NCBI GenBank assembly: GCA_963675785.1 | Contig: OY776562.1 | Span: 2,144,001 to 2,208,000, forward strand | Origin: Anaerolineae bacterium | Lineage (GTDB): Bacteria > Chloroflexota > Anaerolineae > UBA1429 | Reading direction: 5' to 3' | Length of the DNA: 64,000 nt | The notes under the pieces: generated by a model | Told to the model about the DNA's origin: nothing | The model's database searches: none | What the model saw: only the letters and a program-made list of their open reading frames with translations | Shown: one piece after another, positions 39,081 through 48,800 of the stretch | Layout of the letters: every line of letters starts with the position of its first letter | How positions within the stretch are numbered: position 1 is the first letter of the stretch | Program-made: the position numbers and the translations under genes

Positions 39081-39956
39081 CTAACTAAAAAGACTCAGTT
39101 GCTTTGTGCTCAGCTTGTCCTCGAAACGCCCCATATAGTGAAAAATCTGATCCGTGTTACTGACGATGCCATTCTTCATGCAAATATCTCGTGTCAACGC
39201 CGTCAGGTAACTACTGTTCGGCGACGGCACAATATAGTTATTTCCGTATGTTCTTATGTATCGTTCTTTCAGACCGGAAAAGTGCTCGCCCAGCTTTTGG
39301 TAAAAGTACTGACGATCACCGTCTCGCAGGGTCACGCCAATACTGTCAAAGAAAAGAACGCCATAGACCTCTGCCTTGATGCAGTAATCAAGGATGCCGC
39401 GTATGTTTTCCTCGGTATCGTTGATGAACGGCAGAATGGGTGTCATCCAGATGACAGTGGGAATACCCTCATCTCTTAGGATGTTCAGCACCTCCGCTCG
39501 CCTGCTTGTGGTACAAACGTTTGGCTCGACGATTCGGCAAAGAGCATCATCATAGGTTGTCAGCGTCATCTGCACCACACATTTCGTCTTGCGGTTGATG
39601 CTTCTCAGCAAATCGAGATCACGCAGGATCAAATCGGATTTTGTCTGTATCGCCAAACCAAAGCCATATTCGTCGATCAATTCGAGACATCTCCTGGTCA
39701 AACGCAGATTCTTTTCAGCATGCAGGTACGGATCACACATGGCCCCAGTACTGATCACGCACTTTTTCCGCTTGCCCCTTAGCGCTTGCTCCAGCAACTC
39801 TGCAGCGTTAGACTTGACTTCGATATCCTCAAACTGATGCTTCATCTGATAACATGTGCTTCGCGCATCGCAATAAATGCAGCCGTGGGTACAGCCGCGG
39901 TATATGTTCATCCCATTCTTGGGGGAGAGTATGGATTTAGCTAGTTTCTCATGCAA
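39081..39956 (-). CDS. Radical SAM protein, spore photoproduct lyase-like (COG1533), with C-terminal QLSLF
   Basis: NIYRGCTHGCIYC, CDPY, IQTKSDLILRDLD, TPILPFIND; TTG start. Confidence 0.88.
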   Translation of the reverse strand: MHEKLAKSILSPKNGMNIYRGCTHGCIYCDARSTCYQMKHQFEDIEVKSNAAELLEQALRGKRKKCVISTGAMCDPYLHAEKNLRLTRRCLELIDEYGFGLAIQTKSDLILRDLDLLRSINRKTKCVVQMTLTTYDDALCRIVEPNVCTTSRRAEVLNILRDEGIPTVIWMTPILPFINDTEENIRGILDYCIKAEVYGVLFFDSIGVTLRDGDRQYFYQKLGEHFSGLKERYIRTYGNNYIVPSPNSSYLTALTRDICMKNGIVSNTDQIFHYMGRFEDKLSTKQLSLFS

Positions 39957-40161
39957 AGAGTTGCCCCGTCTCCAAGCTGTTGCTTATCTCACGCCGTTCA
40001 TTGTAATGCAGAATCGGGAACTTTTCATGCTGATGCTCTGACTCTGGTGCCACAATGGAAACGGGGACTCGATGTTCTTGTGATTTTCGCCGCAGATAAC
40101 AAAAGCCGGGACTTCCAGACCGGATTTCCAGCTGAAAGCCCCGCTTTCGGGCAAAAAGCAT

Positions 40162-40200
40162 AAAACAAGGACGCAGCCATTGATACTATGGCTGCGTCCT
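40162..40200 (-). terminator. Terminator downstream of tRNA-Ser
   Basis: AGGACGCAGCCAT-loop-ATGGCTGCGTCCT followed by TGTTTT on the minus strand. Confidence 0.85.
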
Positions 40201-40204
40201 GATC

Positions 40205-40292
40205 TGGCGGAGAGGGCGGGATTCGAACCCGCGAAGCTCACGCTTACACGATTTCCAATCGTGCGCACTCGACCGGACTATGCGACCTCTCC
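40205..40292 (-). tRNA. tRNA-Ser (GGA), CCA encoded
   Basis: GGAGAGG acceptor, CACGA-TTGGAAA-TCGTG anticodon arm, long variable arm, GGTTCGAATCC, GCCA end. Confidence 0.96.
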
Positions 40293-40304
40293 GTGACTCC
40301 TGCG

Positions 40305-40389
40305 ATTATACTCGTGCTCGTTCTACAGGCCAAATCATGCTCTGCAAAACCACCGTCCTGTAGGTCAAGGGCTGGGTCTGTGCTATAAT
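40305..40389. promoter_or_regulatory. Divergent promoters (tRNA-Ser / alaX operon)
   Basis: Minus strand TTGGCC-17-TATAAT (40333-40305); plus strand extended -10 TGCTATAAT (40381-40389). Confidence 0.55.
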
Positions 40390-40420
40390 GTGCACATGTG
40401 TTTTATTGTCAGGGGAGATT

Positions 40421-41623
40421 ATGACAGAGCTGCTTTTCAGACGAGACGCCTACCTTACTGAATTCGATGCTACCATCATTGAGCGTCGTACGATTAAAGA
40501 CCACCCGGCCGTCCTTCTGGACCGCACTGCCTTTTATGCAACTTCTGGCGGTCAGCCGTATGATACAGGCACCTTGGGAGAGGCTCATATTCTGGATGTC
40601 ATCGAGGACGGAGCAGATGTTATCCATGTACTCGACCGCCCTCTAGAGCGTAATTCAGTTCACGGGCGTATCGATTGGGCAAGACGTTTTGATCATATGC
40701 AACAGCACAGCGGCCAGCACGTGCTCTCTGCCGCTTTTGAAACAATCGGCGCAGCTACTATTAGCTTTCATCTTGGCGAAGAGACCTGTACAATTGATCT
40801 CGACGCCAGCGACATGACCGATGAACAACTCGAAATCATCGAACAGCGCACCAATCAGGCCATCTTTGATAATCACCTGGTGCACATATCCGAATGCAGC
40901 CTGCAGGAAGCCGCCAGCCACCATTTGCGCAAGCTGCCCGAAGTAGAAGGGCTTGTGCGCATTGTTGATATCGAGAATTTCGATGCGACGGCCTGCTGCG
41001 GCACTCACGTGCGCAGCACGGGTGAAATCGGCTGTATTCACATTCGCGGCCTTACCAAACGCAAGGGCAGCACACGTATCGAGTTTTTATGCGGCTGGCG
41101 AGCCGTCCGCGATTACACTGAACGCGACCGTCTCTTACAGGCGCAGGCCAATCACCTCAGTGTGGGCATTCATGATTTGGGGGAATCAATTGTCCGTTTG
41201 GAAGAGGCTTCCTCGACGGCACACAAGAACGAGCAGCGCTTACGTCAGCAATTGCTGGATATGCAACTGGCCGACATCGCCGCATCAGCCAGCGCGCTGA
41301 ATGGCTTTCAGTTAATTTGTCAGCCCTTGCCCGATCAGGACACCAACGGCATGCGCTACGCCGCCCAACAGTTACTACAAGAACCAGGGCGCATCGTGCT
41401 CTTGGGCGTGACCGAGCCCAGCACACAGGTGGTTTTTGCTAGCTCGGCCGACAAGGCCCCACACATGGGCAATCTACTCAAAGAGGTATTGGCTGCTTTT
41501 GGTGGACGCGGCGGCGGCAAGCCCAATATGGCCCAGGGTGGCGGCTTTGAAGCCGACCAACTCGATCGGGTGTTGACAACTGCCAAGGCGCAAATCGTCA
41601 CCGAAATCTCACAGGGGAGATGA
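40421..41623 (+). CDS. Alanyl-tRNA editing protein AlaX-L (with DHHA1/C-Ala domain)
   Basis: TAFYATSGGQPYDTG, HMQQHSGQH, CCGTHV, GRGGGKPNMAQGGG. Confidence 0.9.
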   Translation: MTELLFRRDAYLTEFDATIIERRTIKDHPAVLLDRTAFYATSGGQPYDTGTLGEAHILDVIEDGADVIHVLDRPLERNSVHGRIDWARRFDHMQQHSGQHVLSAAFETIGAATISFHLGEETCTIDLDASDMTDEQLEIIEQRTNQAIFDNHLVHISECSLQEAASHHLRKLPEVEGLVRIVDIENFDATACCGTHVRSTGEIGCIHIRGLTKRKGSTRIEFLCGWRAVRDYTERDRLLQAQANHLSVGIHDLGESIVRLEEASSTAHKNEQRLRQQLLDMQLADIAASASALNGFQLICQPLPDQDTNGMRYAAQQLLQEPGRIVLLGVTEPSTQVVFASSADKAPHMGNLLKEVLAAFGGRGGGKPNMAQGGGFEADQLDRVLTTAKAQIVTEISQGR

Positions 41624-41627
41624 TTCT

Positions 41628-42482
41628 TTGCTCTACGAACTTGCAAAAGATGTGTACTATTGCGACGATTACCATGGATCGAATGTCGGCGTCATCCGCA
41701 CTTCCAAGGGTGGCCTGCTGATCGACACGCCCATGCTGCCCCACGAGGCAAGTCAATGGCAGCGACGGTTGTATACCGAGCTGGGCATTGACCTGGTTTA
41801 CGGCGTGGTCAATACAGACTTTCATCCTGAAAGCATGTTTGGCAATCATGCCTTTATGCCCACCATGATCTTTGGGCACGAGGCTTCGGCCAAACCCGTT
41901 GCCAAATACGAGGCCTCACAGCTCGAACAAATCGCCGAGACATTCAAATCGCATAATCCCCTCGTGGCCGAAGAGCTGCTCGACATTGAGATTGTTATGC
42001 CCAATGTCTTTGTTCAGGATCGTACTGTGCTGCACATGCCCGAGCGGAATATCGAAATTCTATTCTTGGAAGGCCACACGCCCGCTTCGCTCGGCGTTTG
42101 GCTGCCCGAAGAAAAGATCCTGTTTGTCGGTGATACCGTAACTGTCAATCAATTCCCCGACATGTCCAGCGCCAACACGCTGGCCTGGGTGGGTACGCTG
42201 AGGCGTATCCGCGAACTGGGCGCCGAACGTATCATCTGCTCGGAAGGCGGAGCTTGCGATCTGGAATCCATTGATGCACTGATTGAATACATGCTCACCA
42301 TGTGGCAGCGCACCCGGCGTTTATTCAATGAAGGCGCCAGCCGCCGTGAGTGCGTCGACAAGGTGGGGTTGACTGAATTTTTCCCTACGCCCACCGAGAA
42401 TTCGGCCGAGATCAAACGCAGGCGGCGAGAGAGCATCGAGCGAGTCTATACCGAAATCCGGCTCTCGGAGCGCAAGCGATAG
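41628..42482 (+). CDS. MBL-fold protein (cyclase-like) with degenerate metal motif
   Basis: SNVGVI, LIDTP, NTDFHPESMFGN, GHT, LFVGD. Confidence 0.8.
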   Translation: MLYELAKDVYYCDDYHGSNVGVIRTSKGGLLIDTPMLPHEASQWQRRLYTELGIDLVYGVVNTDFHPESMFGNHAFMPTMIFGHEASAKPVAKYEASQLEQIAETFKSHNPLVAEELLDIEIVMPNVFVQDRTVLHMPERNIEILFLEGHTPASLGVWLPEEKILFVGDTVTVNQFPDMSSANTLAWVGTLRRIRELGAERIICSEGGACDLESIDALIEYMLTMWQRTRRLFNEGASRRECVDKVGLTEFFPTPTENSAEIKRRRRESIERVYTEIRLSERKR

Positions 42483-42497
42483 ACAAACTGACTTGTG

Positions 42498-42531
42498 CGG
42501 CGCCCGGGCGATGATTGCCCGGGCGCCGTTT
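42498..42531 (+). terminator. GC-rich hairpin between MBL gene and hemW
   Basis: CGGCGCCCGGGC-GATGATT-GCCCGGGCGCCG-TTT. Confidence 0.55.
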
Positions 42532-42545
42532 CATTGAGAGGCCCC

Positions 42546-43706
42546 ATGAGCAATGCTGGTTTGTACCTCCACATCCCCTTTTGCCGTGCCAAATGCGCCT
42601 ATTGCGATTTCTGCTCGTTCCCCCATCGCGAGGATGCCCATGCACGCTATATCGAGGCGCTGCTATGCGAGGTAGAATCACAAAAGAAACTGTGGGCGCA
42701 GTTTCATTATGATACGCTGTACATCGGTGGCGGCACTCCTACTAATCTGGATACGGCGCTGCTGGTGCAACTGCTAACCACCCTGCTAAGCGGGATACAA
42801 CCGGACGAAATCACCATCGAGGCCAACCCGGGGACAGTCGATGAAAGCAGTCTTCGTGCCTTACGGCAAGTCGGTGTGAATCGGCTCAGCCTAGGTGTGC
42901 AGAGCATGAACGATGACGAACTGGCCACGATGGGACGCATCCACAACGCCGTTCAAGCTATCGAGGCCATCCGTGCTGCCCGACTGGCCGGATTCGACAA
43001 TATCAGCTTGGACCTCATTTACGGCTTGCCTGGTCAAACCCTGCATACCTGGGAATGTACCCTCGATGCTGTGGTGCAGTTGCATCCCAGCCACCTCTCG
43101 CTCTATGCCCTCACCTTGGAGGAGCATGTACCCATGGCTCAACGTATTGCCCAAGGTGATCTGCCCAAATTGGACGAAGCTCTGGCCGCAGACATGTATG
43201 CCCTAGCTCAAGAACGCCTTGCCAAAGCCGGTTACGCCCAATACGAAATCTCCAATTGGGCGCTGGCCGTGACCGGCGATGCCGACAAGCGCTTTCCCCG
43301 GCTGGCCTCGCGTCATAACCTGCACTATTGGCACAATGAACCCTACCTTGGACTGGGTGCGGCGGCCTACTCTTTCGACGGCCACCGGCGCTGGGGCAAC
43401 ACCACCGATCTTGATACCTATATGGAGAACGCCCTGCGGGGTGAACCTTGTATCGATGCCTCGGAAGAATTAGCGGCTGAGGAACACATGGATGAGACAG
43501 TGATTCTGGCCCTGCGTTTAGTAGACGGGTTAGAATATGCCGAATTCGAACAGCGCTTTGGTCTAGATCTCAAAAAAGTTTATGACCAGGCTATCGCTGC
43601 ATCGGTGGAAGATGGCCTGCTAGAGCAGGATGAACGGGGCATTCGTCTCAAACCACAGGCATTATTGGTTGGCAATCGCGTCTTTGAACGCTTTTTAAGA
43701 GACTAA
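42546..43706 (+). CDS. hemW: Radical SAM heme chaperone HemW (HemN-like)
   Basis: YLHIPFCRAKCAYCDF, GGGTP, EANP, YEISN, HNLHYW. Confidence 0.92.
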   Translation: MSNAGLYLHIPFCRAKCAYCDFCSFPHREDAHARYIEALLCEVESQKKLWAQFHYDTLYIGGGTPTNLDTALLVQLLTTLLSGIQPDEITIEANPGTVDESSLRALRQVGVNRLSLGVQSMNDDELATMGRIHNAVQAIEAIRAARLAGFDNISLDLIYGLPGQTLHTWECTLDAVVQLHPSHLSLYALTLEEHVPMAQRIAQGDLPKLDEALAADMYALAQERLAKAGYAQYEISNWALAVTGDADKRFPRLASRHNLHYWHNEPYLGLGAAAYSFDGHRRWGNTTDLDTYMENALRGEPCIDASEELAAEEHMDETVILALRLVDGLEYAEFEQRFGLDLKKVYDQAIAASVEDGLLEQDERGIRLKPQALLVGNRVFERFLRD

Positions 43707-43739
43707 AAAAGGGAGAGGCCACTGGGTCTCTCCCTTTTT
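43706..43739. terminator. Bidirectional terminator
   Basis: AAAAAGGGAGAG...CTCTCCCTTTTT between convergent genes. Confidence 0.88.
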
Positions 43740-43760
43740 GTAATATAGAGGCACGATACT

Positions 43761-45089
43761 TTACAAGCGCTGAATCATCCTCTTGGCTTCGATCTGCTTG
43801 CGCACGTTATCGAGGTGGTCAGCCAATTCGTCGTCATCGGCACGTATGGCTTCCAGATTGTGGTCGAACATGGCCATAAAATCATCACTTAGCAAACCGC
43901 GGCTCTCTTCGAGCACCTTGTTGGTGCCGTCGGGGTATTCAGAACGCATAAGTCGGTTCAACAAGCGAATCTCCGGAGGCAGGTTCTCCTCCAGCACGCC
44001 CAAGGCCGAATCCATAATGCCGCGAATGCGCTTGGCCCGAGCCTCGTTACCCTGCTTTTCGGCAGCGGCAATATAGCGTGAAGCCACCACGACAAAAGTC
44101 TGGTCGATCTGGCCGATATGCTCATGCAGGGCTGCATCCACATCTTCCGATGACAGCAGATCCATCAAGAACATGGTGGCGTTGTCTTCAGCCTCACGGG
44201 CCATGTTATTGTACCTGTCGATCTCTTCCAAAATGCGCGTCCGTAGCTCGGTTAGTTCAGCAGCACCCGTCTCATCGCCTTTGACTTCAAGAGATTCGAT
44301 CTGGGCCGTGAGGTACTGGAAAAAACCGTAATCCAAATGAGAGAGATTCAGGCCAATAGACTGGATCAGCCGTTCGTCGGATTCGGCACCCATCAAAAGC
44401 TCGATGACGTCCGCATAACTGGCATCCTCTGGGGCTGCCGAAGCAGGCATAGCTGGCTGAACGCGCTCCAGCAGCATATCGCGCAAGCCTTCGACTAACG
44501 TAGCCTCTTCATCCAAACCGCGTTCGCGATCACTATCGATGAGGGCACTCAAAAGCATGAAAAAGTCATAGTCCAGCTCGCCACGCTTTTCCTCAATCAT
44601 GCTGTCGAATGATGTTTCGTCTTCCATGGCGTCGAAAAGGGCGTTCAAAAGCTCAATGCGCTTTTGTTGGGCCTCGATCATCTCGCGACTGACACCATCG
44701 GCCTCCAGAATGATGTCAAACAGGCTGCGCAATGTCAGCGCACTGGTGGGGCGAAAAAAATAACCCTTGCGCCCTTCTGGCGGCATACTGTTCATCACAG
44801 CATTCACCAAACCACCCACCAATTGTTCCTGCTGGTCGACACTTATGCCCATCTCGGCGGGCACATAGGTAATCAGCAATTCCTTGGCAGGGTCATGGTA
44901 CACCAGCGGTGTGCTAAGAAGGCCTCCAGCACCGCAATTCGGGCACACTGCACGATTCAGCTCGCCAGTAAGCAATTGCTCTTTGAGCTCTGGTTCTTGT
45001 CCCACATCGACGATAGTATGCAGATTCACCACAAATTGATGGTTGCATTGTGGGCAACTAACAGGGGTAGGCATCGCAGGGAACGCCAT
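43761..45089 (-). CDS. CpXC domain-containing protein with helical C-terminal region
   Basis: CPQC...CPNCG, PLVYHDPAKELL. ATG 45089 follows GGAGG. Confidence 0.85.
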   Translation of the reverse strand: MAFPAMPTPVSCPQCNHQFVVNLHTIVDVGQEPELKEQLLTGELNRAVCPNCGAGGLLSTPLVYHDPAKELLITYVPAEMGISVDQQEQLVGGLVNAVMNSMPPEGRKGYFFRPTSALTLRSLFDIILEADGVSREMIEAQQKRIELLNALFDAMEDETSFDSMIEEKRGELDYDFFMLLSALIDSDRERGLDEEATLVEGLRDMLLERVQPAMPASAAPEDASYADVIELLMGAESDERLIQSIGLNLSHLDYGFFQYLTAQIESLEVKGDETGAAELTELRTRILEEIDRYNNMAREAEDNATMFLMDLLSSEDVDAALHEHIGQIDQTFVVVASRYIAAAEKQGNEARAKRIRGIMDSALGVLEENLPPEIRLLNRLMRSEYPDGTNKVLEESRGLLSDDFMAMFDHNLEAIRADDDELADHLDNVRKQIEAKRMIQRL

Positions 45090-45118
45090 GGGTTCACTTC
45101 CTCCATATAAAGACACGT

Positions 45119-45826
45119 CTAGGAGCTCTTGCGGGCATCGAGGACACGCGCTAGAACGCGGTGTGGGTTAACGACGGTTGTCTCATACACCTGTACTGCG
45201 TTCAATCCGGCGCCAGCAGCCACCACACGCGACATCTCAAAAGTAATCAGGTCAGATGGCGAATGGCCGTCGCTATCGAGCACCATAGCAGCGCCAGCCT
45301 CTGTGCATATTTGAGCGACATGCCCATTGGTTAAAGAGTGCCCCTTACGGGCGGTGATCTCGATGAAACAGCCCCGCTCGGCGGCGAGGTATGCTTCTTC
45401 CAGCGTCAAGAACCCGGGGTGGGCTAACACATCTACATCAGGGGATTCAATGGCAGCACGATTGGTGCCAGGGGCCACGGGTTCGACGGGTGTCTCACCA
45501 TGTACCACCACAATCTCGGCACCCAGCAATCGAGCCTGACGTGCGAGCCTGGCAATGCTGTTAGGGGCAACGTGAGTCAGTTCGATGCCAACGATGAGCT
45601 GGGTATCGAAATCGTTGGGCTGCTCATCGAGCACACGCCTGAGGCTGGATATCACCTCTGCCATATTCGAGGCATCGGCGTGATCCGTAATAGCGTGTGC
45701 CCGATAATCAAGCACCGAAACGCGACGAAGAATCTCGGATGGAAGGAGATCTCCATCGGAGAAAATCGAATGACTATGTAGATCAATGCGTCTGTTTTCG
45801 TATTCCATACGGCCTATGATACTCAT
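45119..45826 (-). CDS. PHP-domain phosphoesterase (histidinol-phosphatase-like)
   Basis: DLHSHS.FSDG, ITDH, GIELTH, VVHGETPVEPV, LAHPG, DSDGH. Confidence 0.88.
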   Translation of the reverse strand: MSIIGRMEYENRRIDLHSHSIFSDGDLLPSEILRRVSVLDYRAHAITDHADASNMAEVISSLRRVLDEQPNDFDTQLIVGIELTHVAPNSIARLARQARLLGAEIVVVHGETPVEPVAPGTNRAAIESPDVDVLAHPGFLTLEEAYLAAERGCFIEITARKGHSLTNGHVAQICTEAGAAMVLDSDGHSPSDLITFEMSRVVAAGAGLNAVQVYETTVVNPHRVLARVLDARKSS

Positions 45827-45850
45827 AGGCCGTATGCTGTCAATGAAAGC

Positions 45851-48800
45851 TTATTCGCCTTTGATGACCAACTGTGCACCATCACTGCGCCCAAACACAT
45901 CCGGTGCGTACATCTGGTAAGCCGTGGCGGGCAACGCCTGATAGGTGCCCGGCGTGGCACACTGTACTGCATACACAAACTCGTACGTGCCAGCCGCCAA
46001 CTGATCGGCAAATAAGAGTACGCGATCATCGCGCAATTCTACCCGGCTGGCCCACAGCGGATTGTACCAGGCCCAATAGTCGGACCAGCTAGATTCACTG
46101 GTAAGCGAAGGACTGGAGACAAGCTGGCTGACAATATCCAGTTCTGGATCGAGAGCCTCGCAGCCTGCGGGCAGCGGGTCTTCGATGACCAAATAGTGCA
46201 GATCTCGCGGCACTACCAAAGTCAGCTTGACCAAAAGCGTGTCGTTGACCGTAGCTGTGGTCACTGGCTCGTCCGAATCTGGCAAGACATAGCTGCGCGT
46301 GACATAGATGCCCCTGTCCAGCGCCTCGATATCCTCGGCTGGCACGTAATAATGCAGGAATGCGCTGTAGTACAATTCTCCTACACCGTTCTTCTCCAGC
46401 AGGATCTGGTTCACATCATCCAGGTTGAGATCCTCGATGGCAATGCTCACCGCCGCAGTCTGGTCGATAGTATCGGATGAAACCTCGCCCTTGATCCGTT
46501 CGACACCGTTCACAGAGGCACTCATGGTAAAAGACGCTGTAAGCTCACCTGTATTGAGCATGTGCTGTGTAAGAGCCAGGATTGACCACACATTCTCCTG
46601 TGTCGTCGACCAATAGTCGCTCTCGCGAGCTGAAACCAGCCAGCGTACAGCGCTGGGCAAAAAGCCGTTCTCTGGGTCGAGTTGCTCTATGGCCAGCAGC
46701 ACCACTGCGGAACTGCGCGTATTGGTGTTCATAGCCCAAGGCGAGTCTTCGTCTTCTTCCCAATGTACACCCGAAGCATCGAGGATGGCTGCATCCACTA
46801 ACTCATTGAGCAATTCGGTGGTACGCGTTGCATCCTCGTCGATATCATTCAGCGTCAGTGCTAACAGCGCCTTGGCATAGTGCGACATACCCTCGTGCTC
46901 GTCATACAGCCAGATGCTGCGATCCAGTTGGCCATTGCCCGAGGCGTCCAGCGCATAAAGCACTTCAGCCCAGGTATCTTTTTGCGCCGAGGTGCGCGCG
47001 GTATTGCTGGCCAGCCAACTATCCAAATAATCCACTGCCGAACTCTGCGTCCACTCGTCCACCACAAAACCAGCGTCCTTAGCCGTACTCAGACCAAGCA
47101 AAACATAAGCCGTCAACTGAGGATCGCTCGATTCGCCAGACCACCAACCCCAGCCCCCATCCATGTTCTGCGTGTTATAGAGACGCTGCAGGCCAAGCCC
47201 CACCTGCTGAGGCAGGGCCGCCTCCAGATCGGGGCGATCCAACCCGAGTGATGTGAGCGCATTAAAAGTAACAATGTTAGGCAAAAAGCGGCTTACCGTC
47301 TGCTCGGTGCAATCGTAAGGATAGCTCTCCAAATAGTCGAGGCTGTCGAGTATCGCCGAAGCCAGCGAGGGCTGCAGAGTGATAAGCAACTCGCCCATGG
47401 ATGAATCGATGGTCTCATCGAGCATAATGTTCTCGACCACCTGTCCATCCACTGTGCCAGATGTGCCCACAAACTCGGCAGTACTGGGATGAAGCACTGG
47501 CAGCGTTACTTTGGCCGCGTCTGTCAGATTGGTACCCTCGACCGAAAAGATCATTTCGATCTCTTCTACCGATTCGACCTCAGCCGGCCAATCGATCTTG
47601 ACCCGCTCACCTGCCGCAACCTCGACTTGCTGGGCCGCATCATCGTAGATCAAACCCACGGCCTCCAGATTCACATCCAAAGTGAGCGCCCCATCCGTAT
47701 AGTTATACACCACCGCCGAGATGACCGGCTCGTCGCCAATCACCAGGAATCGCGGCACAGAAGGACTGATCATCAAATCGAGCAAAGCCACCACGTTCAG
47801 GTTGGCAGTGCCAAAGAGTGTTTCGCCAGCTACGCCATTAGCCTGCAAATGCCAGGTCGTCAGGCTATCGGGCAGCACCACCGAAACCGTGGCATGTCCT
47901 TCCTCGTCCGTCTCCACTGTCGCATTCCAATAGGCCGTATCAGGGAAAACCTCACGCACATAGCTACCGCCACCATCACCGCCACCACCACCCTTGGAAC
48001 CATCGGTGGCATCTTGCACATAGCGGTCTACTGATACCGTCCAACTGCTGGAGGTACTCACACCGAGCCCTCGTTCGCTGTAAAAGGCCTCAAACGGCGT
48101 CGTATCGTCGTTTTCTAACAGGGATTCGACGGCGCGGTCCACCAGGCTCAGCGCCAGCTCGGCTTGCACAGGGTCACCAGCATAGTCCGTCACCTCGATA
48201 TCAAAAGTTACCTCCTGACCGGGTTGTAGCTCAGCGCCTTCTTCCGAGGTCAACTGGATATTCAACGCTTGCTGTTCGCTGGAAACCATCAACTCTACAT
48301 AGCCCAGCTTGAAATCGGGCATAGACTCAGCGTCGCCCATCCCCTTGACCATGGCCAGGGAGACATAGACGTTGGGCGCATAGGCATCTTCGATGGGAAT
48401 GACTAACGTATCGCTGCTGCCATCAATCTCGACCATCTCGTATTCGATAATCGAGCCACGCTCGATAGTCAGCAATGCCATAACCGGTTCGTCGTAAGGT
48501 GAGGGCACCAGAATGTGGGCACTCTGACCTACTTCATAGCTGTCGCGGTCGGCCACCAGCTCGATGCGATCGTTGTTATCCCGACCCCAATTCACATAGG
48601 TGCTGCCAGCTACCCACAGGTAGTTGGCACTGTTGCTAGAACGCCCCTCAGCATCGACGCCTGTTGCGGTGATCTTGTATGAACCAGCTTCGGTGGGCGT
48701 AAAGAGGGCCGTCGCTTGCCCGGTACGCCCAGTGGTGAGGGTTCGCGTCATCACTGGCGTCAGCTCTTCTTGCGACGTCCAATAGTAGGTACCGTCGGCA

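Noticed and set aside
39957-40161. Possible riboswitch or sRNA upstream of the SPL-like radical SAM gene
   Set aside because: No recognisable aptamer motif or convincing SOS box by eye. An Rfam scan would be needed to exclude it fully.
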